A DNA stretch of 42,352 nucleotides. Source: a virus. Taxonomy: Duplodnaviria; Caudoviricetes. This document shows positions 9,001 to 17,533 of this stretch, piece by piece. The notes beneath the pieces are model-generated. The model had not been told where the DNA came from. It made no database searches and worked only from the letters and a program-made list of their open reading frames with translations. Numbering within the stretch: the first letter of the stretch is position 1; the number at the start of each line of letters is the position of its first letter. Location of the stretch: positions 1 to 42,352 of IMG/VR virus record IMGVR_UViG_3300012953_000059. The stretch is one strand, 5' to 3'. The position numbers and the translations under genes are program-made.

Positions 9001-12000
9001 GGTGATGTTCTTGATGGTAAGATCTTAGTTTTAGAAGATGTTACGGGAACATTTGATCAAACAGGTTTATTTGACTCTACAACATTGAGTATCAATATTA
9101 TCCTCAACACAAATGCTACATTCACTGCTGGTGCAACTATAGAGTTGACTAATGGTACTGTTAATCAAACTAACCCACCATCTGTAATAGCAACAGGTGA
9201 AGTTATAGAAACAACAGAAAAAAGAAATTCTGTTAAGATTAAGGTTATATCTGGTACTTTTTCACAGCAATCAGGATACTTCCTTAGAAGCAATAACTTA
9301 TTAAACACCGTTGGTGCAGAGATACTATCATCCAAAAGCTTAAGTACAGGTTTAATTCCATTTATTGTTAATACAAATATTGCACTTGTTGAAACTACTG
9401 GTGATCACGCACTTGGTGTAGGTGATGTTGTATATGTTGAAATAGATCCTGATGATTCTATATCTACGACAACTTATTATGTTCAGTTAGGAGCAACACA
9501 AGAGGTTGATATTAAACCATTAAGTTTATCAACAAAGATTAATGATCCTGGATTAGGAAGAGCTGATCTAGTTAATGGTGGTGCTGATTATGCATCAAAT
9601 ACCTATACTGATGTAGAACTTATTTTTGCTGATCAAAATGCTGTTAGAACTGATCTAGGAAAAGTTGCAGATTCAAAAAATGCAAAAGCAACTATAGTTG
9701 TATCAGACATTGATAGTACAGGATTAGGTTCTGTAACAAATGTTACAATTACAACTAAAGGATCTGGTTATCAGAAGGGTGATGTTCTTACTGTTGAAGA
9801 TACATCATTAAACAGATCAGGTGCGTCTACTAATACACAACGTCTACGTTTAGTAGTCGATCATATAGGATTGTCTACTGGTGAAACTGTTATCAAGCTT
9901 GATTCGATTGATGGATTATCAAACAATGATCTTTTATCAATAGGTGATGAGATTGTTAAGGTAAATTCAATATCAGAGTCTACCACTTCAGTAACTGTCA
10001 CAAGGGCACAAAATAATACTAGTGATATAGATCACTTTGATAATGAGGTTGTTGCATTATACGGATCTAATTATAGATTCACAGTTGGAGATCAATTACC
10101 TGTTACTGGTACAGCATTAGACCCTGTAATTCTATCATACGATGGTAATAAATTAATAGTTGAGCATAATCAAGGGTTCTTCACATCTGGAGATTTTGCT
10201 CCATATAAGATTACCGATCAATCTACAATATTTGATGAAAGTGAACCTAAGAAGTTAATTGATGTTGATGTTGTTACAGACTATAAGATTGTAACAAAAA
10301 TATCTTCCTCTTCTTCTGGACCATATCAAATATCACCTAATCTTAAGATACAGGAATATTATCAGTATAGATTTGATTTAAGTCACTATACTAATGGAGA
10401 ATCTGAGTTTATTGTATCTCCTAGTCAGAATGATAATATCATTGCACCAGAGGTAGTTAATATTGGTACTCCTGGTACTACTGGAGCTTATTCATATGTT
10501 AAGTTTGGATATGGTCCTCGACTTGGTGATGTTCAACTTGATGGTATATTAACCAAGAGAGTACCTAGATCTTATCAACGGTATTACTATAAGTCTATTG
10601 TGAGAACAATGATAAATGGTGACAAAGAGATAAGGATTGGTCCATCTACAAGTATTGTTGATAACAATAATTATTTCGAGCTTATTAATGACCCTCTACA
10701 AGGACAAAAGTTAATTTCTGATGCATTAACAACTTCAACTGAATCTACTGGTACAGGAGTAAAGATATCATTTGTTACATCTGATAGATTTGTTTACGAG
10801 TTAACAGAAGATCCTGAGTGGTATGGAACTGGTAATATCAGGTATACTACAAAATCTAAAGGTGCAACTGGTGCTATTGCTGAAGTTGAGGTATCTAACC
10901 TTGGTTCTGGTTACAGAAAAGTTCCTGGTGTATTAGGAGCAGAATTGGATTCTACTAAATCTGCTGATATTACAGCACAGTGGGATTCTGTAGAACATAA
11001 TATTGTTGGTGTTACAATTAATAAAGCAGGATTCAATTACTCTAAACCAAAAGTTGTCGTAGTTGATGGTGATGGATCCGAAGCAAAATTTGATATTCTA
11101 AAGACTGCTGATAATAGAATAGCAAATGTTATTGTAACAAACAAAGGAAAGAACTACACATACAAACCATCACTTAAAGTTGTTGAAGGTGATATTAGAA
11201 TATTTGCTTTAGGATCTTCTATAGGAGCTCCAAAAAATGTAGAACTTGAATTTAATGGATCAGGAATTTGGAATGATACTTCATTATTAAGAAAGCATAA
11301 GGCTAGTGATGTTATAATAGTTGATACTACTGAGTCTTTCTTAAGTGGAGAGAAAGTAACCTCTGGACTTGCAGAGGGTACTGTTACTAATGGTGGGTGG
11401 AGAATTGGATCTAATATTCTTAAGGTATCTGTAACTAAAGGTGAATTTGTTGTAGGTCAAACTATTAAAGGTAGTGCCAGTAATTCAACTGGCACAATAG
11501 TTTCTGTTCAAAAAGCAGAGTTTGCTATTGATCTAAAATCATACTATGATAATCTAGGAACCTTTGTATCAGATAAGGGTAAGGTTGGTGTAAGAACTCA
11601 TAAAGTAGCAGACAATAAGTTTTATCAGGATTATTCTTATGTTGTTGAGTCTAAGACTCAGATAGAAGACTGGAGAGATCTAATTAAGGATTCTGTTCAT
11701 CCAGCTGGATTTAAGATGTTTGGGGAACTTAATATAGATGCAAAGGTAGATGTAAAGATAAGTACTAATTCTAAGACTGCACAAGTTTCAACACTAAGAC
11801 TCTGGGATGAGAATAGTAACAATGCAAGTATTATTGATACTAAGAGATATCATCAGACTGTTGTAAACTTATCTAAGGATATTAATGTATTAAGGGGTAA
11901 TGGATCTTTTGCTGAGAAATCAAGTGATACATCTGGATTGATTGCTAGAGAAGTCAAACTCACTCCACATTTTGATGGTGTATTCGATCAGTATGGTAAT

Positions 12001-15000
12001 ATTAGTGGTACTAGAGAGTTTACTATAGTTGATGCTGCTACTAACAATCCATTAACTCCATACAATGCTATGGCTTTAACCATAACATTAGATGCAGTAT
12101 TACAAGAACCAGAGACTGCATATACTATATCTGGTGATAAGATTACTTTTGCTAAAGCACCATTTGGTATTAGACAAGAAGGTAATAATACAATTGAAGC
12201 AACTAAATTTATTGGAAGGTTATTCCAGTTTAAGGAAGCTTCCAAGAACCTTCAGTATTTGAAGAAAGTTAGACCTATCTTCCAAAAAGAAGGTACATGG
12301 ATTGATGCTGCTAATCAATTACGTTTCAATAGAACATTCATACAGGAAGAGGCGATTGGATATGTTAAAGATAAGTATCCATCACTTACTTGGAATACAC
12401 TAGAGTCTAAGTGTATGCGTGATATTGGATTGATTGTAGATGCTTATGAACATGATCTAAGATTTGGTGGTAACTCTGCAACATATGATGCTGCTGAAAA
12501 GTATTTTAACGATGGTTCATTAGCATACATTGATGCACAGAAAGATGAGAGTATTGAAGCATACAAGTATACAATGAATTTGTGTATTGCTGCAGCAAGG
12601 AATTGGGATATATCAGTTAATAACTGTACTGTATCTCAAGGACAGGATATTATTACACTTCCTTCTACTTTAGGTGTATGTGTAGGAATGAATGTGAGTA
12701 GCGGTAATCAATTTGATGAAGGTACTACCGTTACTGAGATAGTAAGTTCTACACAGATCAAAGTTTCTAAAGCAGCAAACATTGCATATCCAGCTCAGAG
12801 TATCAGTACAACTGTTAACAATAGTGGAACTACTAACTATGGTCCTGTTACTGTGACTGGTACAGGTGTACTAAACGTGGGTATTGGAGCAACTACAACT
12901 GTTTATTCTACAATCAATCAGATTGATCAGATTACATTCTCATTCAGTAGAATTAATAGTGGTAAGTTTATGGATGCTGCTAATCTTATAGAAGGTAACA
13001 AGAAGTATATTTCAGAAGAAACTATTGGATGGTTAAAAGCAACATATCCAAACTTAGCAATACCTAATGAAGATAAGTGTCAAAGAGATACCGAATATCT
13101 TATAGATGCGATGGTATATCATATAAGGTATGGTGGTAACTGGAATGTTGTTGATTTTGGTGAGAGATACTATTATAAGAATAAACTCAACCATATAGTA
13201 GATCAAAAAGCAGAGAGTATTGCTGCTTATACAAAAGCAACTCAGCTTATGGTTGAGGCAATGAAGAACAATCTTCCAACTGGCACATATACTACTATTG
13301 TTCCTTATGAAGATACCACTATACTTGCTGATCCTAATGGTCCTTATACATCAACTTGTGCTGAAGTAGAATCTGCATTGAATAGTTACATTCAGATAGT
13401 TACTAAGACTATTGATAAAGGTCCGAACTTATTTACTAAAGTTGAGGATAACAACCAAAGAACTGGTAATTGGACAACTACAAGAACATTAACTAATATA
13501 AACATCCTTGCTAAGGGTGATGTGTTTAGTGAGTGTGATACTGTTGTCTCTGCATTAAATTCATTATTCTTGAATGTTGAGTCTATATTAAACAGTAATG
13601 CAGTAGTTAAATCTCTACCAGATTTCTTTAATGGTAAAAATACAGATTTTGAATTATATTATACTGATAACACACCAGTAAAAACTGAGGTTGGACATGA
13701 TCTGATTGTAGGTATAAATGGTGTTTTCCAAAATGCTAAGTATGATGCAGATTATCCTAGATTAAATTCTTATTATATTAAGAGGTCTTCTGGTGCTAGT
13801 AATCCTGATAGGATTGTATTTTCAGAACCACCTAAGTGGGAACAAAATCTAAACACACTAACTGTACAGGAACCTCTTGCTGTAGAGAAATTCTTTGCAC
13901 ACAATGTTGGTGGTTGTATAAGAATGAGTTTGGATGAAGAAAACTTTAATGGATCTATTACTGGTCCATTTATTATGAGGGATGAGAAGACTGGTGATGT
14001 GGTAGTTATTGATGATGATAGATTTGCGTTTGTTTATGTTGATGGAATATTGCAGAAGAGAAATGCTGCATATACTATCAATGAGTCTAGCATTACATTC
14101 AGTCAAGCTTTGAAAGCAGGTCAACGAGTTAGTATATTGTTATTAACAGGTACTGCTATTGATCAGTTATTGGATGCATTTAACGTAGAACCAGATCGTT
14201 TCTTTAATGAAGTGACTATTACAGTTACTGGTGGTTCTGCAGAATATGCTACTTTCATTTCAGGTGTAAGAGATGGTGCAGTAATTTATCAGTTTACTGA
14301 TAATTCTTATCCAACACCTGATGTATATACAACTATTGGTATGGTTAGAAAGTATAACCAAACTGCTAGTGGATGGGATGTTACTCTCATTGCTCAGAAT
14401 CCTAAGATTGATCTTAGCAAACCTCTAAGACTTGCTGCAACTACTGATCTTCAGACTGCATCATATACTGAGGTTGATTTATCTGCTCTTACTACAGCAG
14501 TTACATATAATGATGTTGATGGTAAGAGACTTCTTAGAAAAGATAGTGTTTCTTGGTTATATGATAGAGTCAAACCTACCATAACTTCACTTGAGCCTGG
14601 TGATAGTATTAAAATTGATGGTGAGACTGATTATAGAACAGTTAAACTAACTCATAGAGAATCCGCATCATTAGGACATGTCGAAGATACACAAGTCAGT
14701 GATAATGTAGGTGTTGTCTCTGTGAGTAACTATAATGGTTCTACTAAAGGTGAAGGTCTCAATATTACAGCAGTTCTTACTGGAGATGTTGTAACATCAT
14801 TGAATTGGAATAAAACCACCCTTGGTTCTAATCCACAAGCTCATAATTATGATACTCCTCCAGTACTAACATTTGAACCAGCTAACTTAAATGGTGGTGG
14901 TGCTAAGGCACATGCTATTGTTGATGGTGGTAATGTTATTGATGTTATTCTTACTGATGGTGGTAGTGGATATACTGCTGCACCTATTGTTAATGTCTCT

Positions 15001-15639
15001 CGTGGTTACGATATCATTAAGAAGACTAGACAGTTTGATACCAAATACATCCGTAAATTTGAAGACACTATAACTGGTCTTAGTGCTCTAAATACTACAT
15101 CATTCGTTGGAGAAGCAACACAGTTAGCATTTGAGTTTACTCATAGTGTTGCTGCAACATCTTCTCAGAGCGAACAATTAAAAGTCACTCAACAACTCGT
15201 TAGAGAAAATAAGGTTTCTGTTGGAGCAACAGAGATTCATGTGACTACACCTCATTCTATTACACAATCCGCAATGGGAACAACTACATCGTTGACTCAT
15301 TCGATTAAACAGATTGAGATTGATAATACGTTATCAATGACTGGTGCAGTTAGGTTAACAACTCCTACCAATGCTCCTACTATTGGTATGGGTACTTCCA
15401 CATCAGCAGTCCTTTCAGCAACATTATTAGACACTGACTTTGATTGGACTGACTCTAATGTTATGGTATCAACTACTGATGCATTTGATGCAACAGGTGT
15501 GATACAAGTCGGTAAGTTCCGTATCGCTTATAGTTCAAAATTATCTGACCGTTTCATCGTTGATTACGGTAGTGCAGATAGTATTCAACCTTCAGGTCTA
15601 ACAACTGAAACTGCAGGAACTGTAGTTAGACAAGTATAA
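6085..15639 (+). CDS. gp7: Giant gp7-like baseplate wedge initiator / multidomain virion protein (3184 aa)
   Basis: Lies between gp6 and gp8. N-terminal IESQLPGFI...FVKFLKSYY and LIKNISSFYKSKGT, plus DNKFYQDYSYVVES...VHPAGFKMFG, are typical of cyanophage gp7. Also carries GSGY-type beta repeats, a YHYH-like domain and helical KCxRD domains. Confidence 0.85.
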   Translation: MNVKSKNISALIESQLPGFIVEDYEYFVKFLKSYYAQQELSGGVLDIVSNLTKYRDINFYDKEVLTESSKTVGITGISDTSINVLSTSGFPDSGLAKVDDEIFFYASKTSNQFNGVARGVSGNTELGDLYKLSTYVATSASTHAADVKVENISNLFLYALVQSFESEYLAGIPEKYLRGEIDKRTLIKNISSFYKSKGTKRSIQFIFNSLISSEDSDVYFPKDNTLKASDSDYINVHALKVIVTSGDPKDLIGKVITETGDNYASAVVDNIKELEGNIWELVLAPSTINNQFTIASKTTLKKAIGSGDQTGSVIDVDSTFGWAKEGNIFADGEVIQYASKTIRQFKIKYRSLTRTHNVGQSIYSDNRIKGNNVEVIALGIVYNLSPTTTTPYGIEGEPLVVEESGFDTIDPKIKKSDGTVRWLPNDAATYTPSSGDTRTQTSVNDVVPGIQRIFSDDNNYYICTSGVPVNRTMFYNQTIPASKTVVEQSFLRTIRKNAITTTEVYKTPRKDFGILVDGSLAYTHKHQDSVFYGGLTKIAVTTQGGGYSRPPYVLVNTEPYKATAILSGTVVESVRVDVAGAYTAAPTIEIVSGRNAVLTPVITRGAITSLLVTDPGEYYSAPPTIRIVDALGRGRFAEYTATVSATGQISGCIKVSGGSFYSEGNVVIQVIPSGSGALASSSIYEWIKNRLEVETDIDTEWGFSHLNDRGYQNYGTISYPPTLRGSDTGTNHSPIIGFAYDGNPIYGPYGYSDPVDSSTSIVRMQSGYKKYGTRPTGPSLVTYPLGTFIQDYYYADRYGTVDKNNGRYCVTPEYPNGTYAYFATFDSVGDPEFPYLIGENFYSLPLAANYDQNQTQNDLPLDAVRLRGVDTPNNGRKTRGIIKDVSAGSLDAFQVYGSSNNFKVGSSIVLDNTGTNGIDATGTISAVKGNTVEELQATDAKRVAKLQITENCYVFSGDVITQSSSGISGKVVGDVLDGKILVLEDVTGTFDQTGLFDSTTLSINIILNTNATFTAGATIELTNGTVNQTNPPSVIATGEVIETTEKRNSVKIKVISGTFSQQSGYFLRSNNLLNTVGAEILSSKSLSTGLIPFIVNTNIALVETTGDHALGVGDVVYVEIDPDDSISTTTYYVQLGATQEVDIKPLSLSTKINDPGLGRADLVNGGADYASNTYTDVELIFADQNAVRTDLGKVADSKNAKATIVVSDIDSTGLGSVTNVTITTKGSGYQKGDVLTVEDTSLNRSGASTNTQRLRLVVDHIGLSTGETVIKLDSIDGLSNNDLLSIGDEIVKVNSISESTTSVTVTRAQNNTSDIDHFDNEVVALYGSNYRFTVGDQLPVTGTALDPVILSYDGNKLIVEHNQGFFTSGDFAPYKITDQSTIFDESEPKKLIDVDVVTDYKIVTKISSSSSGPYQISPNLKIQEYYQYRFDLSHYTNGESEFIVSPSQNDNIIAPEVVNIGTPGTTGAYSYVKFGYGPRLGDVQLDGILTKRVPRSYQRYYYKSIVRTMINGDKEIRIGPSTSIVDNNNYFELINDPLQGQKLISDALTTSTESTGTGVKISFVTSDRFVYELTEDPEWYGTGNIRYTTKSKGATGAIAEVEVSNLGSGYRKVPGVLGAELDSTKSADITAQWDSVEHNIVGVTINKAGFNYSKPKVVVVDGDGSEAKFDILKTADNRIANVIVTNKGKNYTYKPSLKVVEGDIRIFALGSSIGAPKNVELEFNGSGIWNDTSLLRKHKASDVIIVDTTESFLSGEKVTSGLAEGTVTNGGWRIGSNILKVSVTKGEFVVGQTIKGSASNSTGTIVSVQKAEFAIDLKSYYDNLGTFVSDKGKVGVRTHKVADNKFYQDYSYVVESKTQIEDWRDLIKDSVHPAGFKMFGELNIDAKVDVKISTNSKTAQVSTLRLWDENSNNASIIDTKRYHQTVVNLSKDINVLRGNGSFAEKSSDTSGLIAREVKLTPHFDGVFDQYGNISGTREFTIVDAATNNPLTPYNAMALTITLDAVLQEPETAYTISGDKITFAKAPFGIRQEGNNTIEATKFIGRLFQFKEASKNLQYLKKVRPIFQKEGTWIDAANQLRFNRTFIQEEAIGYVKDKYPSLTWNTLESKCMRDIGLIVDAYEHDLRFGGNSATYDAAEKYFNDGSLAYIDAQKDESIEAYKYTMNLCIAAARNWDISVNNCTVSQGQDIITLPSTLGVCVGMNVSSGNQFDEGTTVTEIVSSTQIKVSKAANIAYPAQSISTTVNNSGTTNYGPVTVTGTGVLNVGIGATTTVYSTINQIDQITFSFSRINSGKFMDAANLIEGNKKYISEETIGWLKATYPNLAIPNEDKCQRDTEYLIDAMVYHIRYGGNWNVVDFGERYYYKNKLNHIVDQKAESIAAYTKATQLMVEAMKNNLPTGTYTTIVPYEDTTILADPNGPYTSTCAEVESALNSYIQIVTKTIDKGPNLFTKVEDNNQRTGNWTTTRTLTNINILAKGDVFSECDTVVSALNSLFLNVESILNSNAVVKSLPDFFNGKNTDFELYYTDNTPVKTEVGHDLIVGINGVFQNAKYDADYPRLNSYYIKRSSGASNPDRIVFSEPPKWEQNLNTLTVQEPLAVEKFFAHNVGGCIRMSLDEENFNGSITGPFIMRDEKTGDVVVIDDDRFAFVYVDGILQKRNAAYTINESSITFSQALKAGQRVSILLLTGTAIDQLLDAFNVEPDRFFNEVTITVTGGSAEYATFISGVRDGAVIYQFTDNSYPTPDVYTTIGMVRKYNQTASGWDVTLIAQNPKIDLSKPLRLAATTDLQTASYTEVDLSALTTAVTYNDVDGKRLLRKDSVSWLYDRVKPTITSLEPGDSIKIDGETDYRTVKLTHRESASLGHVEDTQVSDNVGVVSVSNYNGSTKGEGLNITAVLTGDVVTSLNWNKTTLGSNPQAHNYDTPPVLTFEPANLNGGGAKAHAIVDGGNVIDVILTDGGSGYTAAPIVNVSRGYDIIKKTRQFDTKYIRKFEDTITGLSALNTTSFVGEATQLAFEFTHSVAATSSQSEQLKVTQQLVRENKVSVGATEIHVTTPHSITQSAMGTTTSLTHSIKQIEIDNTLSMTGAVRLTTPTNAPTIGMGTSTSAVLSATLLDTDFDWTDSNVMVSTTDAFDATGVIQVGKFRIAYSSKLSDRFIVDYGSADSIQPSGLTTETAGTVVRQV

Positions 15640-15648
15640 ATATAAATA
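15635..15648 (+). promoter_or_regulatory. Tandem overlapping T4-type late promoters
   Basis: TATAAATA at 15635-15642 and at 15641-15648, upstream of gp8. Confidence 0.85.
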
Positions 15649-15689
15649 ACTCGGATATCCTGTAGTACAAAACTACCCAATTTTCAATT

Positions 15690-17507
15690 ATGTCGGCAAT
15701 CATATCAGAAAAGTTTCGCATTTTTAATGCACAACAATTTCTAGAATCCCTTACGGAAGGTGCAAACGATACTAGTGCAGATCGTGCACGTATGTATTTC
15801 TTCGTTGGTCGGTCAGACCAGTGGGATTCTTACTTAGAGATCTATGATCCTAATGCTACTGCATTTAATGTCGGTGAAGAAGTGTACGATGCTGGTGCTG
15901 CTGGTGCTACTGCATACGGATCTACAACGTGGAAAGCAACTATCCGCAAAGTGAATCCTAATTCAATTCTTGTTCATTCTCCTTCCCCTGCTGCTGGTAC
16001 ACCGACTGCTGGTAACGTAATTAAGGGATATACAGGTGGTTCTGATACTGGTGCTGAAGCTAAAAGTGGTGTGTATCGTATTGCCGATGAAACGAATGCA
16101 CCTGCTCCTTTAGACAACCAAGAAGAAAAGCAGAGTATCTATGATGAGCTCATTGCTGCTAAAAGGGTAGAGTCTTCTAATGTTGTTTCTGTAGTTTCAC
16201 GTTATAACTGGAACACAGTTACTAACCCTAAGTTCGACATGTACAAGCCTGACTACAGTGCTGCACCTGCTTCAGGTGGTACTGCAAAGGCTGCTGCTAC
16301 AGGAGCAACTTCATTAGGAGCTTCTAAGTTCTATGTTATGAACAATAACTACGAAGTATTCAAGTGTCTTTATAATAAGGAAGATACAGTTGCTGGTGGT
16401 GGTAACGCATCTGATATGCCTACCACAGCAAACAACTATGCTACTGGTGTATATACTGGTCCTACTGACGGATATCGTTGGAAGTACCTTTATACAATGA
16501 CAACACAACAGGTTATGGATTTCTTATCCAGTGACTTTATGCCTGTTGGTACATATGCTGGTCCTGCTGCTGCAGATGGTGCTATAGATACCCTCTTGAT
16601 TTCAGATGCTGGTTCTGCTCTTCCTACTGGTGCTACTCTATATGGTCCTATCTTAGGAGATGGTACTGGTGGTGTTGCTAAGTTTACTACCGATGGTACT
16701 GGTGCAATAACTGTTGCTGAAGTTCAGGCTCCAGGTACAGGTTATACTTATGGTAGTGTTGCACTTAAATCTGGTACAGGTACTGGTGCTGGTGGAAATG
16801 CTTATGGTTTATTCTCTGATTCAACTTTAAGTACTGCTGAGACCATTTCTGGTACTGCTCGTGGTGCTATTGAAGTTATTATTCCTCCTGCTGGTGGACA
16901 TGGTGCTGATCTTGCACAAGAGCTTAACGGCAAGCGTGTTATGGTTAACGTCCGTCTGACTTATGCAGAAGGATCTGGAGACTTCCCAGTTGATAACGAC
17001 TTCCGTAGAATCGGACTTATTAAAGATCCATTGCAGTGGGGATCAACAAACTATGCTACTGCAAACACCCTTTCTGGTGTATACGCCGTAAGAGTTAATG
17101 GAACTGGTCTTACTAGTTCTTCTTTCGGAAAAGATAATACAATCACACAAACTTTAAACGGTGGTGCTGGAACTGCTAAAGGAACAGTTGTTTCTTGGAC
17201 TGCAGATGGTAATGGTAATGGTGGTATTCTTAAGTACTTCCAATCACCAAACGCACACACAGATAACGGTATTGTAAGAGGATTTGAAAATAATTCAAGT
17301 TCTGCTATCGTTGATGGTGGTACTGCTGTATCAGTTAACCCTGATAGCACATACTCATCAACTACCGAAGGCGTAACATTTGCAAGTGGTTTGGCGAATC
17401 CAGAGATCAAGAACAACTCTGGAGAACTCGTATACATAGAGAACAGAAGACTGATTACAAGAGCTGCTGACCAAATAGAGGACATCAAGCTCGTAATCGA
17501 ATTCTAA
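15690..17507 (+). CDS. gp8: Baseplate wedge subunit gp8
   Basis: MSAIISEKFRIFNAQQF, FYVMNNNYEVFKCLYN, DGYRWKYLY, NDFRRIGLIKDP and C-terminal SGELVYIENRRLITRAADQIEDIKLVIEF. Confidence 0.93.
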   Translation: MSAIISEKFRIFNAQQFLESLTEGANDTSADRARMYFFVGRSDQWDSYLEIYDPNATAFNVGEEVYDAGAAGATAYGSTTWKATIRKVNPNSILVHSPSPAAGTPTAGNVIKGYTGGSDTGAEAKSGVYRIADETNAPAPLDNQEEKQSIYDELIAAKRVESSNVVSVVSRYNWNTVTNPKFDMYKPDYSAAPASGGTAKAAATGATSLGASKFYVMNNNYEVFKCLYNKEDTVAGGGNASDMPTTANNYATGVYTGPTDGYRWKYLYTMTTQQVMDFLSSDFMPVGTYAGPAAADGAIDTLLISDAGSALPTGATLYGPILGDGTGGVAKFTTDGTGAITVAEVQAPGTGYTYGSVALKSGTGTGAGGNAYGLFSDSTLSTAETISGTARGAIEVIIPPAGGHGADLAQELNGKRVMVNVRLTYAEGSGDFPVDNDFRRIGLIKDPLQWGSTNYATANTLSGVYAVRVNGTGLTSSSFGKDNTITQTLNGGAGTAKGTVVSWTADGNGNGGILKYFQSPNAHTDNGIVRGFENNSSSAIVDGGTAVSVNPDSTYSSTTEGVTFASGLANPEIKNNSGELVYIENRRLITRAADQIEDIKLVIEF

Positions 17508-17533
17508 TCTTCCATGTTAGCTAATGGTTTACG

